Below are positions 1-15,200 of a stretch of 64,000 nt of DNA, piece after piece (within the stretch, counting starts at the first letter, position 1; every line of letters starts with the position of its first letter). Source of the stretch: Paragordius varius. Lineage: Eukaryota > Animalia > Nematomorpha. Both the position numbers and the translations under genes were made by a program. The notes beneath the pieces are model-generated. The model saw only the letters and a list, made by a program, of their open reading frames with translations. It was not told the DNA's origin and ran no database searches. The stretch spans positions 5,146,001-5,210,000 of the forward strand of contig OZ176054.1 of the NCBI GenBank assembly GCA_964247055.1. The letters run 5' to 3'.

Positions 1-3000
1 AGCTAAATTCTTTCCTACTTAAAACATAAAATATTTAGATTTGTAAGATTTTTCATGTAAACACTGAATAAACAGCCATCTTTAATTTGTTGCTAAAACG
101 AATAAAGGGCTCATTTTTTGAATCCTTGCCCCCTATTTTCTAATTTATATGTAATATAAGTCAGTCTATGATTTAAAATCTGCTATTTTTTCACTTAGTG
201 TAGCCAACATCTAATGAAATCTATCCATCCATCACTTTATGTAATATTGCGTATTTAGATCAGAACATATTCATTCAATCGGAGAAATTGATTAAGCATA
301 AATCATAAAGGAGCACAGTTACTGTTTTAAGCCATTCCAATTTTATTTCTCGCTATACAGTTATAATGATAAATATAATCCAATAATATTGGAATTGGTT
401 TTTTTTTGGAAAGCAAAGTATCATTACCATTCTTTATAGTACTTATGAAAGAAAGATTAATATTAGTATTTCGTATGTAATTTATTTTTATAAGAAAGTT
501 AATATCATTACATCCTAAATTAAATTTGAACACGAAAACGTGCGGTCAATTTTCCCAAAAAATCAATCCATTAAAATTTCATCTTATTAATATTGCCAAA
601 ATTGATTTTTGATTTCTAATCTTAACTCTAGTAGTATAATAATTTTTGAAAATGGATGGCATTATAACTTTTGCTTAAAAGTAATAATATGGACCTAATT
701 CACATTCTAATCCAATTCACCCATCAAGCAATCTTAATCAATATCACAACTTTAGTCTTTGTTTCATAGCTTATCGATTTGGGAAAAAAGTAATTTTCTT
801 AAAATTTATATAGTAATAAAACTTTTGATGATTGTTTTAACAAAAAATATTAAATATATTATTATTCTGACAAGATAATTTAATTTATATATTTCAGACT
901 GTCAGTTATTTGTTTCCAATTATTCTTAAAGTCAAACATACAAACTGGAGAAATAAAATTTTGATATAATAAAACCAATCATTAATTAAATTCGGTATTA
1001 TTAATAGTTAATATTTTTAAGTGATTGGAAAAAATATTTTTCTTTGATATACACATACACGTATATAAATTTTGAAGATTTTTAATCCCATAAATTGAAT
1101 TTGAAGTGTTGGTTATTTTATCGCAAAAAACTAAACTTTTGAATTTAGCGCATTACTCTAGCTAGCAAAACACAAAAGCATTACAAAAAAATTGTTACTT
1201 TTAATCAAACAAATTGATTTGGTTGATTGAGAGTGCAATCAATGAAAACTTCAAAAACAAATAAACGAACAAAGAAACATTTTTTTGGTTCTTTATATAT
1301 CGAGAAAGGCAAGAGAAAAACGATTAAGTCCTTTAACTTTCGATGTGAAATTACATACAAATACATAATTAAAACTTCTAGTCATGTCTACATATAAAAA
1401 GCTAATTACTATGAAGTATTGTAAAAGTGATGATTATCATTGCAAAAATCGGTACTTAAGATATGCAGAAATATAAAATTTTGCGCTGGTCGCAAAAATT
1501 ATATAATTGCAAAAAAATGAAATTTTTAATCAATTTTCGCTTTGTTCTTTAGTGCACATTTAATTTAACATTTTTTCTCAAAAAAAAATAATCAGGCTAT
1601 ATCGTAAATTAGAGAGACATGGTTAATGAAATACTAAATTATATATACCGAATAATTTATGTTTGGTTTTATCACTCATCAATACAATAGTAGTATACTA
1701 TATGCGAAAAAAGTTCCACTTTTTATTTTTTAATTAACATATCAAAGACAATGTTGGAAAAAATAAAACGGCGAACTTCCGTTTAAGATATAATGAAACC
1801 GCGTCTTTAGAGACCCATAAATATGTCCTTCTGTTACCAAAAAAATGTTAGTATTATTTTTCTAATTAACACAAGTATGTTATATTTTTTTTCATATAAA
1901 AAAACTTTAGATTCAATACCCTCTCGAAATATTACTTATTATACTACTTTAAAAGTTTATCTTTTGGATTTTCTTACCTGATATCAAATTTATAAAAATG
2001 CTGATGAACCAATATGTCGAATAAAGCATTAAATTACCACTTTATATGACAAAAATTTTAAAAAAAATGAAGGCATAAGGACAAGATTAGAATTACCATA
2101 TAATTTCCCATTTTTTTAATGTTGTTAAAAATATACCTGTAAATTTTTTTTACTTCAATCAAAAGCGATACATGGTTAATGAGTTGTTACATATTGATTC
2201 AACTTGTAATTATTACATTGTACGTTTTAAAGTGGCATTAATATATAAACCATATTCAAAAGTAAAAACAACTCTTTTTTGAAAATATATATAATATCAA
2301 TGCCAAAAACATTCAGCTAAATAAGTCAAATGAATACAAAAAAAATTCATCTGTTAAAAAAATTTATAACTTTATATATATGCATAATGCAATATTTAAA
2401 GGCCTATCATCCATTTTTATATGTAAGGCATTTTTAATTAATCTAATATTTATCTGAACTTTAGTGTTTAATTAATATTCAGCAGCATAGAATATATATT
2501 ATGGTATCCACTTTATATTCTCCATATTATATAAATAAATATTATATAAGATCGATTAAAAAAAAATATATATATATATATATATTCTTTGATAAAACTC
2601 AAAGACTCATAGATATCGTATAGGGGACAGACCTTATCATTTAATCAACAGGCAGGCAATTGAACTACCTCAAATATAAATATATATGTATATAAATATA
2701 TATTTATTTGGCTGAAAAATTTGGTAAAAACTATTAGATATATATAGATTTCTCACTATAAATGTAAGGGGATGGATGATATTAGAGATAGATATAGAAT
2801 AAATTAAAACGGGGAGAAATGGTCAATATTCGCGTGACAAAAACAAATAGATTTTTGATATCTTAACCAAAAAAGATCTTACATAAAATATAAGATAATA
2901 TATTTTACATAATGTTACGTTATATTTTAGTGTTTTAGGTATTTAAAATTTTTAAAAGCTATTAGCCATATAAAATGGTCGAAATTAATAAAACAATAGA

Positions 3001-4099
3001 TAGGGAAAAAGCAAATTTTATCGGTTCCAAATTGTATTTAAACAGATGGGTTTTTCTATGCAATAAAATAATTGTTGACAATAGAAATGCATTTAAAAAA
3101 ACTTTTCATAAAATAAACATGTTGCCGCTTAAATATTTAAAAAAAACGCAATTCGTTGCATTATCGATTTTAGCCCTCCAAAACTAATAAGTATTAATAA
3201 ATGTACAAAGGCTTAAATCTTTTTTTGCACATATTATTTAAAATGCAAGGGAAGGGATGTGTGACAAACATTTTCCAGAACTTATTCAGTTTTTGTGGTT
3301 CAAGGAAAGATCTTACTGCTAAAAAATTTAAAATATAAAAAATGATCTTTTCCAGATATTTTAACAAACAACTAACACTCATACCCATTGCTTACTTTAA
3401 GACAAGAGACAAAATTTTATTGATTTTTTTGATGCCCTCTGTAGCACACACATTACAATATTGATGAAATGAAGATGATATACTTGGTATACAGAACAGG
3501 CGATAAAATAATTGGACTCTAAAGCTTTTTTATTTTTTAGTTTTTTTTATCAATTTAAATTGGTTAATTATCATAAATTATTTTTTTGTTTTTTTTACAT
3601 AGTAAAGAACAGACAACAAAGAAACCCTAATATATAAATCCGATAAGTGGTTTGTTTTTCAAATTTTTTGTTTTTGCGTATAAAAAAGTTTTTCCATAAG
3701 ATATGTATATATTTGTTAATCAAACAATTAGTTAGCAGTCCTATTGACTTTGAACATGTTAATTCAGGATTAATAATATTATATATTTGAAAAGCTAATT
3801 ATACTATTCATTTATAACATTACAGATTTTGGAAAAATATTTATTAACTTTAACTACAGGTGTACATTTACTAATTTATGTGTATATCTATATATCAAGG
3901 ATGACAGGTATAGTATTTCAAAAGTTAGTTGTTTGATTTTATCATTTTTTGCAAAATAGTATTTTGAAAACTTAATAACTCCAATGATAATAACAAACAA
4001 ATTGAGGTATATAATATAAAAATAAAACGGCCAATATAAGTAAATTGTCTTTTAAGGTAAAGTAAGAAGATTATAATTTTGTTTGACATTTACCAAGGG

Positions 4100-4120
4100 C
4101 TCTCTCTCTCTCTCTCTCTC
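4100..4120. repeat. (CT)n microsatellite, about 10 units
   Basis: ctctctctctctctctctctc read directly. Confidence 0.9.
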
Positions 4121-5026
4121 TTATGGTAATTAAGTTATATGATTTTGTTTTAAAAAAGATTTTAGGGTTGTATAAAAATATTTTAGATGAATAATTAGCT
4201 CATCAAACTTGAAAAAATATTTAAAAATTTTAACTTTTGTAACATCAACATATCTGATTGTAAATTAAAACATCAAAGATGATATTCTTATGGCATACCA
4301 TTGATGTTAAAAATGATCTCTATATCTACAATTTGTTTTCTTACATTTATGTAACATTCCCAAGAAATTTATTTTTACTTTTATACATGTTTAAACAAAC
4401 TGTCAACTTCACAGAAAATGCCGACCGAACAATGTTAATAAACATATAATGTATAAAACATAAATTGATTTTATCTTTTAACTTTTGATGATTTTCTTAA
4501 CACAATATATATTGTAATCAAATTTGTGATAAAACATGACTTATGGTGTAATGTTGTTGTCAGACAAAGTTTACCTATTTTAATTTTATATAGATAATAG
4601 TAAATTTTTAAAAATAGTTTTCAAAAAATGGTGAAGTTCACTTTTTAGATTTGAAATTTCGCTGTTTATAATAAATTCAACAGGATATAAATTTTTAAAA
4701 TAAGCACAATTTTTCCAACATCTTATTTACCTATCTACTAGCTACTTAAATGACTTTTCACTTTATTGATTCCGTAACAAAAGTTTTATTGTTTAAAAAA
4801 ACTTTTATGCTATTATACAGAAAAACTCTTTATAGTATAACGTTTTTTTAACAATATCCATATTAATTTCCTACCTGGCTTCTTCAATCCATTTACATGA
4901 TATATAAATATTATTGTATATTTCAATAGGAGCAGAGATAATATATGTATATATGTGATGTCATTTCCCCCTATCTCTATGTGGTGATGCAAAAAAGATT
5001 TTTACCAGAATATTTATAAATGCAAA

Positions 5027-5097
5027 TATATATATATATATATATAAGGATGTGAATATATATATATATATATATATATTTATGTATAAGGATGTGA
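5027..5097. repeat. Duplicated (TA)n-taaggatgtga unit
   Basis: Two (TA)n runs, each followed by taaggatgtga (about 5045 and 5086). Confidence 0.7.
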
Positions 5098-6278
5098 CCC
5101 TATGATCCCCTTTACTCTACAAAACAAATATATGAATTAAATATAATGGTAATGAATTAATTAAAAAAGAAATAATATTTACCTGTAAAATTCATAACAC
5201 ATTTTAGTGTGGTAGAGATAATAAAATTTATAAATATTTAATGGTATTTCTATCTATCTTTTGATTCGCGCGCCATAATCGCATTTTTTCGATCACATCA
5301 ATTTGCATGCACATGGCACAATATGTGTAAAAATATTTTTTCAAAATTATTGTATAAAATTTAAATTTTATTCATATATCATATTCCGAACAAAGTTATC
5401 ATAAAAGGTATATTTGCATTTTGACTATTTTTAATTCCACACTCACACTTGACATTATGTATGTTTTTTAGTTTATAATATTTTGTACAATTTTTTTAAA
5501 AATGGCGTTTAGTTATTTTGAATAGTAAACTATTGTTTTATATGTGAAACTAAATCACATTATATAGTAAGTACACATATATATAATTGAAAATCTGTGA
5601 CAACGACATTTATAATTTTAATAAAAATAATATAATATTAATTTTTTTGGTGTTTAAAATATGACATATTGTGTTATACCAACCAGAGACAGAGATTAGA
5701 TTAATTTACCCGGTTAATATTAAATGCTAACAAATTGATATATAAAACATGATTGAATTACGAAAAAATTTCATTTTAAAATATGAGATCTCTATATCTA
5801 TTTATCTAAACTTATTTCCCATTTTCAAGTGTACGTTTTTATTCTACTACTTATCTGTATACTTATACTTATTAGTAATACCTCTTTTCTATTTTAATCC
5901 TTATAATACCTGTTTAGAAGAAAAAGAATTTCATAGGATGATTAACATAACAATTATATTTTTCTAAAAAAGTTCAGAAAAAGTTTATAAATTACAAAAA
6001 ATATATAATAACATATATACATATACCACGCGTTGTTTAAAATTGAATTTTTATGTTTCTATTAGCAAAACATATTACTGGTATATCAAATTTCGTTTTT
6101 TTTCACCTAACTATTTATACAACAAATCAATTTACCATCTAATACAGTTTATTTTTCATTTCGCTTTAGAAATCGTTTCGCCTAAAAGTTTGCATCGCAT
6201 CGCAACGCATCCCATACATATAACGTTTTCATTTGAATGATTTCCTGAGACTTTTTGTATTCTGCGGAAAAGAAAATC

Positions 6279-9200
6279 ATGATTTACATTTTAAGTACTA
6301 TTCTAATTATTTGCCTTACCTCAAATTCAATTCAACACCCTCCCCAAAATAAATGGGCCGGAATAAATTTTGGAGAAGTGCTTAAATTTGAAGGTGGTAT
6401 CAATCACATTATATTGGATTACTACAGAGGCCAACCTTTCTTGTACGTTGCCGGCTGTGATACTTTATCCGTTATTCAAACTCATGGCGGTCCTATGAGA
6501 ATCGTTGCAATGTTAAATACAAGTCGCGAGATGTTATGTAAGAATTCTTTGGGCCACCAAAACCAAATCTCTCCTAGTACATCACTTGATTGTAGGACAA
6601 AGGGCAAACATTCAGATACCACTTGTAGTAATGAGAATAAAATTTTTCTTTTGGATAGAACGAATCGACACTTGGTTATGTGTGGAACGTACGAAGGCTA
6701 TTGCCAATCCATTTCAGTCAAATATCAACAGGCTTTACCAGCTTCTTCGGCAATCAATCCAACAGTTTGGCTAAACATAGAAAAATATTCTTCCATACCT
6801 GTAACTCCATATTATCCCACATCTCTGATAGCAATGCTAATTGAACGTGAAAATACTTACGAAGGTGAGGATATGATTGAAAGTGGACAAAGTTATATGT
6901 ATGTGGGAGAAACATATTTTGGAACGGATCCCGAAGTTGCCTGGTCAGATTTTTATTCGTCTGCTCTGAGTGTTCGTGACATCCCTCAATCAGGTACCAA
7001 CGATGTTTCTAACGGATTTAAACTTAGCGTAGATGCACTTAGTGGACAAAGTAAATTACAAGTCCTAAAAGATTATAGCCCTGTATTTAAGGTTCATTTC
7101 CAATATGCTTTTCAAACGGAACAACACGCTTTCTTTGCCACGGTTCAACCAATAAAATTACTTTCAGATTGGATGTATAATTCCGCCGGAAATATGGAGG
7201 AGATAGAAAAATCATTGAAATATCATACAATCCTTGCACGAGCTTGTTTGAATGACAAAGAACTTCAGAGCTACGTTGAGACACCGCTCGTGTGCCAAAA
7301 CAGTAAAACGAAAGAACAATATCCCATATTACGAACGGCATATTACGCAGCAAATTCGAGAGTTAGTCCATATTACGGCACTGATATGTTCCAAACAAAT
7401 TATCATGAAGAGGAGAATAAACATTTAATCGCTATTTTTATGAAATCTGAATTTATTCTCAGAGATGTAAAAAATGAAAATATTCCCTTAAACTCATCCG
7501 ATTATGCGATTTGCGTTTATCCATTCCATTTAATCCAAAAAATTATAAATCAAAACGTTCAAGATTGTCATAGCGGTGTACTGGCACAAAGAGGTCTGCA
7601 ACAATACACACCTGGAAATCCAAAATGCACTAAAACGGTATGGTTTTTAATTTTTATTATCTTATCATAAATGCTTATCCCATTTAAAAATATTTTATTA
7701 CAATCTTTTCATAATATATTATCAATAACCTGGTCAATTTTTATCCTACTTTTATAAAAATACTGATGATAGATGCAGATAGCCAACTAAAAAATTTGCT
7801 GTTTTCTTGTTTAACAAGTCAATACAAAAGTTATCTTAGCATTGTTTAAGAAGTTTGAATAATATAAATAAATAATGTGTGTGAGAAATTTGTGTTTACA
7901 TGCTTGCATAATTTCTCTAACATCTTCTTGACAAAAAATCTGATATTCCTACCTCCACCTCAATGCTATTTCTTATTAAAGCGGACAATCGAAATTAATC
8001 ATGCATATATTAAAAAAATGTTATATTAAATCATTAAATTGTTATCTCTAAACAAATTATAGATTACCTATTGTAATAACATATAAAACTATTGAAACGG
8101 TTAATAACGTTTTAATATGGTTCAATTAAAACGTTACATGTACTCTACATTGTTGCAAGTTTTTTTTTACCAAAATAGTACTGTTACTTGTACATCTTAA
8201 AGATATTTCAGGAAATATATTATCTAAATAGGATAGCTAATACCATATTCTTTCTTCTCTATAATATATGTAATGTAATCCCTTGTACATTTTTATGGTC
8301 TGACATACACTAAGTCTATCCGTTCATATTTCTGTTTTTTGTTTTTGGTAGAAGGAATGAACTTTTAAGCCCGTATTAGCTTAGTGTAATTATATCTGAT
8401 TTTACCTAACCAAATATTTTATAAAAAAATTTGGAATATCTCTACAATAGACTGAATCAAAAAATTGGCTATTTCTATTAACAAATATGTAAAGATAAAA
8501 TAATGTAAATATATTAGTCAAAATTTTAACATTTGAGTTGTGAAAAGTTAACATATAAATAAATTAATTTATAAAATATTTCGGTCGCTCCAGCGTAAAT
8601 TTTATAGTTTTAAAATAAAAAGCCATTAAGAGAGAAGTCAGTGGTCCTCTTACCATATTAACCACAGTCAAAATATGACTTATGCATTTTGTAATGTTAT
8701 TTATTACATTTCAACGTCATCATATGCATAATTTATAAATTTTATTATTTTTTTATTATTGTTGTAACGGTCATTTCTAACACAAAATATTATAAATAGA
8801 TAGATAGTATTAAAACAATATAAATTGTATTTATAATTTTTGTGGTTGGCTAATTTTAGAATTTAAGCGCCTATATATTTACATATATTTATATAGCTAT
8901 TACGCAGAATACTAGTCGTTAACAATTTTTATGGCATTATATATACATCACATATATAAATGGTTGACAATTTATATAATATATATATTCATTTTTATTA
9001 TGATTTTGAAAAAATAATAAATTATAATTAAAGAAAAATAATAAAATGAAAACACCAGTTTAATATCAACTATAAAGCGACAAAACAAAAAGCACACAGT
9101 TGCAAGCCAGTATAATGATAATTTATCTGATAGCTTGCTTTTTGCTTAATAATATATACATATTTTAATAATCAATCTATTGCATACCATATTTTTTTTG

Positions 9201-12200
9201 TTTAAAACTGATAATTTGCAATTTGATTAATATGTTTTTTTTAATATTTATTTATCCTCTTTGGTTAAATTTGTACATGAAATTGGAATAAAACAACTCT
9301 AAATAAATAATATTGAAACGGTACTTGGAAGTATGATGACATTGTTTTAACATTAGTAAAAATATAGAATATTGGTTTTCAGTTCTAGGGAGGTATCTTA
9401 GGCCAGAAATAATTTAAAGTTAAAAAATAAAAAATATATTATCGTATTGGGAATTGTCTTTTTTTATTGTTGTACATCTTGCAACATATTGGATACCTAT
9501 GGTTATTACACTTAATGTAATTATCCTCAATTTTTGTTGATAAATATAACTATAAATTTTAAAATTAAGTCCAATTACATAGGCTGTATTGAACGAATTT
9601 AGAAATTGCTTGGGAGGAAAACGTTTATTTTCATTAATATTCCCAAATTTATATTACATCTTTATATTAATACATAGGGTATTCGAGAAGACAATAATTT
9701 TTGTGCCACGATTAAACCCAACCCAAGGATTGAAGGGAAAACACCTATTGTAGCTAATGCGGTTTATGAAAAGACCAATCCTTCATACATCATAAATGGT
9801 ATGAATGTTGGAAATTCTGCTGGCCGTACAATCATATTTGCCGCCACATCGATTGGTACAATTGAAAAGGTAGGATATCTTTGCTATAATAAGAATAATT
9901 AAAAGTTGAAAAAAGTTTTTCTTTAAGATTTTGCCAAAAATTACTGGTATATATTTTTGTCAAAATTTGCACTAGATTGTGATTGAAAACGGGATTGGAC
10001 AACCTTTGGGGAGCCTATTGGTAGATGGTGAACAACCTACATTGAAAAAAGATGTGTTATTAGATGCTTCCCAATCCTATTTGTATACCATGTCAAATAG
10101 AAAAGTATGTTTGTTTTCCGAATATTATCTTGTTTTAAATATATATTTTTACTCTTATTTAAATTATTTTTTGAAAATTTATTAAATTTGCAAAACAAAC
10201 AAAGATCAATGCTAGATTAAAACAGAAACAAAAAAAATGTGACGACATAAAAAAGAGAACCAACCACAAACCATCTTTTATCATCATTAACACAATTTTA
10301 TTATTACATATTAACAAATATATATTGAATGATGATTTATTAGATTTACAAGGTTAAAGTTGCGCAATGTGCCAATTTGACGTCGTGTATGACCTGTCTC
10401 TCCGCTGATCCCTATTGTGGATGGTGTACACAGGAAAATAAGTATTATTCCTATATTATCAAAATTTAAAATTAGAATTTATCAACTTGATTTTAATACC
10501 GCTTTTTTGTCTTTGCAATTCAAGATGTACACTAAGATCGGAATGTCAAAGATCCAATACACTAAGTAAATGGTTACCATATCGATCGAGTCAATGTACG
10601 TATATTAACAGTATACGACCCACGAAAGCTGGATTAACCCAAAATTTAAGGGTATATTAACACTTAAAACTAAAATTGGCTTTCAAAAAATATATGAACA
10701 TATGTTCTCGTAAATTATTTATATTAAAAATAATTATTTATTTTTTTGGTTAGGTGGATATTAACATATCAAATCTACCGGGACCAATAACTCAAACTTC
10801 CAAATATTTTTGTGTTTTCGGATCTCCTTCTTCGGACAAATATATTCGAGCCATACCCACGTTATTCGGTTTAAACTGCCAATTACCCGAATTCAGTGAT
10901 CGACCAATCATTGATGGATCCGGTACTACTTTTATTCATGATATATAAATTATTTTTTAATACAAAATTTATCATACAACAATTTTATTATACACATAGG
11001 TTTTGAAACGGTGGATCTACACATCGTTATGCAAAGTGATAGAGGTGTTAAACAGTTTTTGACAAAACACAATTTCACATTTTACGATTGCTCTCAACAT
11101 AAAACTTGTAGGGAATGTACAAACCCTGATTGGGATTGTCTTTGGAGTCACACTGACAATAAATGTAGTCATCCCGAAGAAGCTGTCACGCAATTCCTAA
11201 AGGTAACCTGCAAAAAAATTAATTTGAAATATCATAATTTATTAAGATTAATAGCTTAAAACACTCATATCAATATAAATAATTAGGGAACAGTGAATAA
11301 CCGTGAAAAATGCCCACGCCTTGATTACGATTTTCAACCAAACATTTTGATTCCCCACAAAGTTGCAACAGAGATTAGTATAAAAGCTATCAATATACCA
11401 ACGCATGAAAGAAGCGGTTTGCAAAATAAATACACCTGCCTTATAGCTTATGGCAACACTACGAAAACTGTAATGGCCCATGTTGATTTCTCCCAAAACC
11501 TTATAACGTGTCAAGCCAATAAAGTACATAATTGATTTAAACGAAACTTTTAAACGGAAGAAAATACAGTAAAAATTGTAATTAGTAAACATAAAACATA
11601 ATGAAAAAAAAATTTAAGAAAACCATTCCGTTTTCATCCTTATTTTTTTCCTACAGAGAATAATTAAATACAATTATAATATATATCATTGATAGTGTTA
11701 CCAATTTACATCCCTATTTCATACTTTCCATTTCAAAACAATGAATTATATTTATATGAATGAAGTTTAAAAAGGTACTGCAGTCTTTTGAAGAAAAAAA
11801 ATTTCCCATATGTTTAGTACGAGTATGAAGGAAAAATAGCGCATATGAAGGGACAACTAACCGTATTTTGGAACGATGTAGTTTACATTGATTCCACTCC
11901 TATAATCCTTTACAAGTGTTCGAGTTTGGCAGATGATTGTACACTCTGTGCAAATTTGGATCCCATCTACAGTTGCGATTGGTGTCCTATGAATCCGTTT
12001 GTCTCTGTGTGTCGGCACTCACATCAATGTTCTTTGATGACAAAACTGCATGGTGGTCAAGACCCCCTTAGTAAGACATTTGGATCTAAATTTCATCATG
12101 ATTATGATAATAATCAAATGAACCGAGCAAACAATGTACGAAAAGGGAAAAATGTTGACCTATTGATTGATCCAAACAGGTCTGTTCAGTCCACTTGCCC

Positions 12201-15200
12201 TAGTCCAAGAATATTATCGGTTTGCCATTTTCTTCTTGATAAGTTTAATGGAATTTCATCAATTTGTATTTTCAATGTATTAGAGTCAATAAGTTATATT
12301 TTTGTGTCCAGATTACGCCAAAATTCGGGCCAAAAGAAGGTGGTACCGTTATCACTATAAAGGGCCATGATTTAGTCCAAAATGTTAGGAATGAATTTGA
12401 AATTTATATCGGGCAAAGTCCTTGTATGATTGAAAATGTGGAATTATCCAAACAGTAAGTTTTTTATTAAATTCATTTATTATAACATTTGAAAAGAGAA
12501 CATATATGCCATATTCAGATTTTTTATTTGGTTTTTAAAAACAATATTTACACTTATCAAACATTAATGAATTATATTTCTAATAAATTGTTAGAGAACT
12601 TAATTTATATTAAAAAAATGTTGCCATTCATTACCCTTTTATCTTAACAATTTTTCTGCAGAATTACATGTAAGACAACGTACAGTACTCAAACGGGCGC
12701 TTTACCCATCACTATAAAAAGTTGGTATTTCGGTCGCATTGTTTCAAACTATACGATTCATCAAAATTTATTTTCATTCTTGGTATATATTTTATTTTTT
12801 AATTGAATAAATTTATTTGAACCTAACTCTCCTAAAAATTATTATACTCTTAAAATTTTTTTGTAACATTAATCCTTAATAAATGTATAATAATAGCACA
12901 CCGAAGTAAACGGCATTTATCCAGTGAAGGGACCTATGTCAGGAGGCACTATCATACAAATCAAAGGGAAAAATTTAAACATTGGACTGCGAAGAAAAAT
13001 TTTTTTGGATTACATTCCATGCCAAATTTTAGATGAGTAAGTGCGCTAAATTAGTTTGAATAAACCCGTTTTTGACATATTTTTAATTTTTTAATATTTT
13101 ATAGAAATGTTCAAGGGTCAAATACAAACATACCATTTAAAAACGGTTCCGTTACCATATTTCCACGAGATAATTTGCGTTGTGTAACGCAATCTGTTAC
13201 ATCTGCCCCCTTTTATATTCGCAACCTTAAAGTTGAGTTGGATGGATTTGAAACATCGATACCCATAAACTATAGTTATATGCCTGATCCTATAATTGAA
13301 AGCATATCCCCCTTAAATACTTATCAAAGGTTGGTAGTTGCAAATTTTAGTAAATGAATAATTATTGATTCTAATAAAGAGACTATTTGTTAAGTAATTA
13401 TTATTTAATAATTGTTTTAGTGGAGGCACTCAAATAAAAATCCATGGATCCTCTTTCGACATCGTACAAGATGTGTATATATTCGTAAAAATAGTGCTTC
13501 CAGACAGTGAACTTATATCTAAACAGGTAAGATCTACTCTAGTTTAGTAAATCAATCGATTTTTTGAGTGTTCAAATTTTTATCTTTAATGATTTTTTTG
13601 CTTTAGGGATGTGAAATTAAAAATTCGACGTTCATGATGTGTTTGTCCCCATCGATACCATTCGAGTTGGGGAATCAAAGCATTTCTATACCCTATGGCA
13701 TTTACATGGATAATATTGATACTTTTATGGTATATTTTTCAATTACTAAACTAATTCGGTTGATCATTTATTTATGCAAACCTGTTTTTTTGCATAAATT
13801 GTAGCCATGGTCTTAGAATATAGATGCGGTTTTTCATTAACTCTACTTTTAATAATACCTTTAAGATATTTTTTTGTTTCAATAATCCTAATCCAAAAAT
13901 AATGTAAGATTTTATCCATATGCTATGTGTGCATTTAATAAAAATTAAATTTCCAGAATCTGACACACCGATTGTGGGCTAAGGAAGACCATATGATATA
14001 TCATCCGGATCCTAAGATATTCCCCTTCGCAGAACATAATCACGAAAAAGTTTACAATGGAGATCCACTCATAATTGAGGGCTTAAACATGAAATGGTTG
14101 AATGACTTGAAAATTTATGTGGCAGGTAATGAATGTTTTATAACGGTCATCTCGAATTCCCATGTTTTATGTAATCCACCCAGTCTTACCCAACTTGACA
14201 ACGGTCTTCAACTCATTCCGAACGAAATAAAACGTTCACCCAGTTCTCCCGCCCACTCCAACAATGACAAAATAAATGTTTTCCCTGTAGAGGTAATACA
14301 GCAATACAATTGACTGCAATTAATTTTTCTTAAATAGCTAAAAATTTCGCAATATATTTTATCTTCCGTTTTTCCATATCGATACAGGTTTTGGTTTTGG
14401 GTCAAAGATTAAACATTGGTTGGTTAAGGTATGAAGATTCGAATAATGTGTCCTACCTATTACATACTACTCCCATATCCCCCAAACATTATTCCAAAAC
14501 GACGTTTATCCTCCTAGCCATAAGTGGAGCCATTTTTGTTTTCATTAGTTTTCTCATCACGTTCATCTGCATACAAAAGAGCAGATTGGTTGAACGCGAA
14601 TTCAAACGTATGCAAATACAAATGGAAACGTTGGAGAGTAATGTCCGATCTGAATGTAAAATAGGTAAGTTTAACTAACACCCATGTTTTATTAAAGTCT
14701 ATTTGCTGTTTAATAAGTATCAGGGGTGTCCAAAACGCGGCCAGCGAAAATTTTGGTAAAAATTAAACAAATGCGAAATTTTATAATTTGCTCCATTTTG
14801 AACAATTTTTTTTGAAGAAGTCTTTCTAATTAAAAACGAATTAAAAATATTGGAGAAATGAATATTATTTCGTATTTACATTTTTTACAGTCATATTTTT
14901 TGCGTTCGATCGGATTTTTTTAGTCAAAAATTCGGGTAGCGAAGCCATTTGTTTTGGATACCGCCAGGTTTTTATGTTGCTCAATGTTTATTTTGGTTAT
15001 AAACGCCTTTGAATTGGTGAATTGAGCTAAAAGAGCAAATATGTTTTTTTTCTCTATTAACCACATAAAAACCCATACCCAAATGATGTGATTTTTCCCT
15101 AATCATTTAATAATAGCGTTCGCTGAACTCCAAACCGATATAAATGATATGGAAAATGATTTTTGTCAAACCGGCATTCCATACGTTGACCAAAAAGTCT

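Noticed and set aside
1468-1500. Small palindrome ttttgcg-ctggt-cgcaaaa
   Set aside because: A short, AT-dominated stem expected by chance, with no second copy or context.
1-6250. Short ORFs at 327, 2975, 3194, 5749 and 6043
   Set aside because: They are F/I/K/L/N-rich chance ORFs in AT-rich DNA, often with non-ATG starts, and show no motifs or spliceable partners.
6255-6278. ORF-track start of plexin at 6255
   Set aside because: It is a TTG. The ATG at 6279 begins a proper signal peptide.
14215-14270. KR|S in a juxtamembrane loop as a plexin-B-type furin site
   Set aside because: It lacks the R-X-X-R consensus; a lone dibasic pair is too weak.
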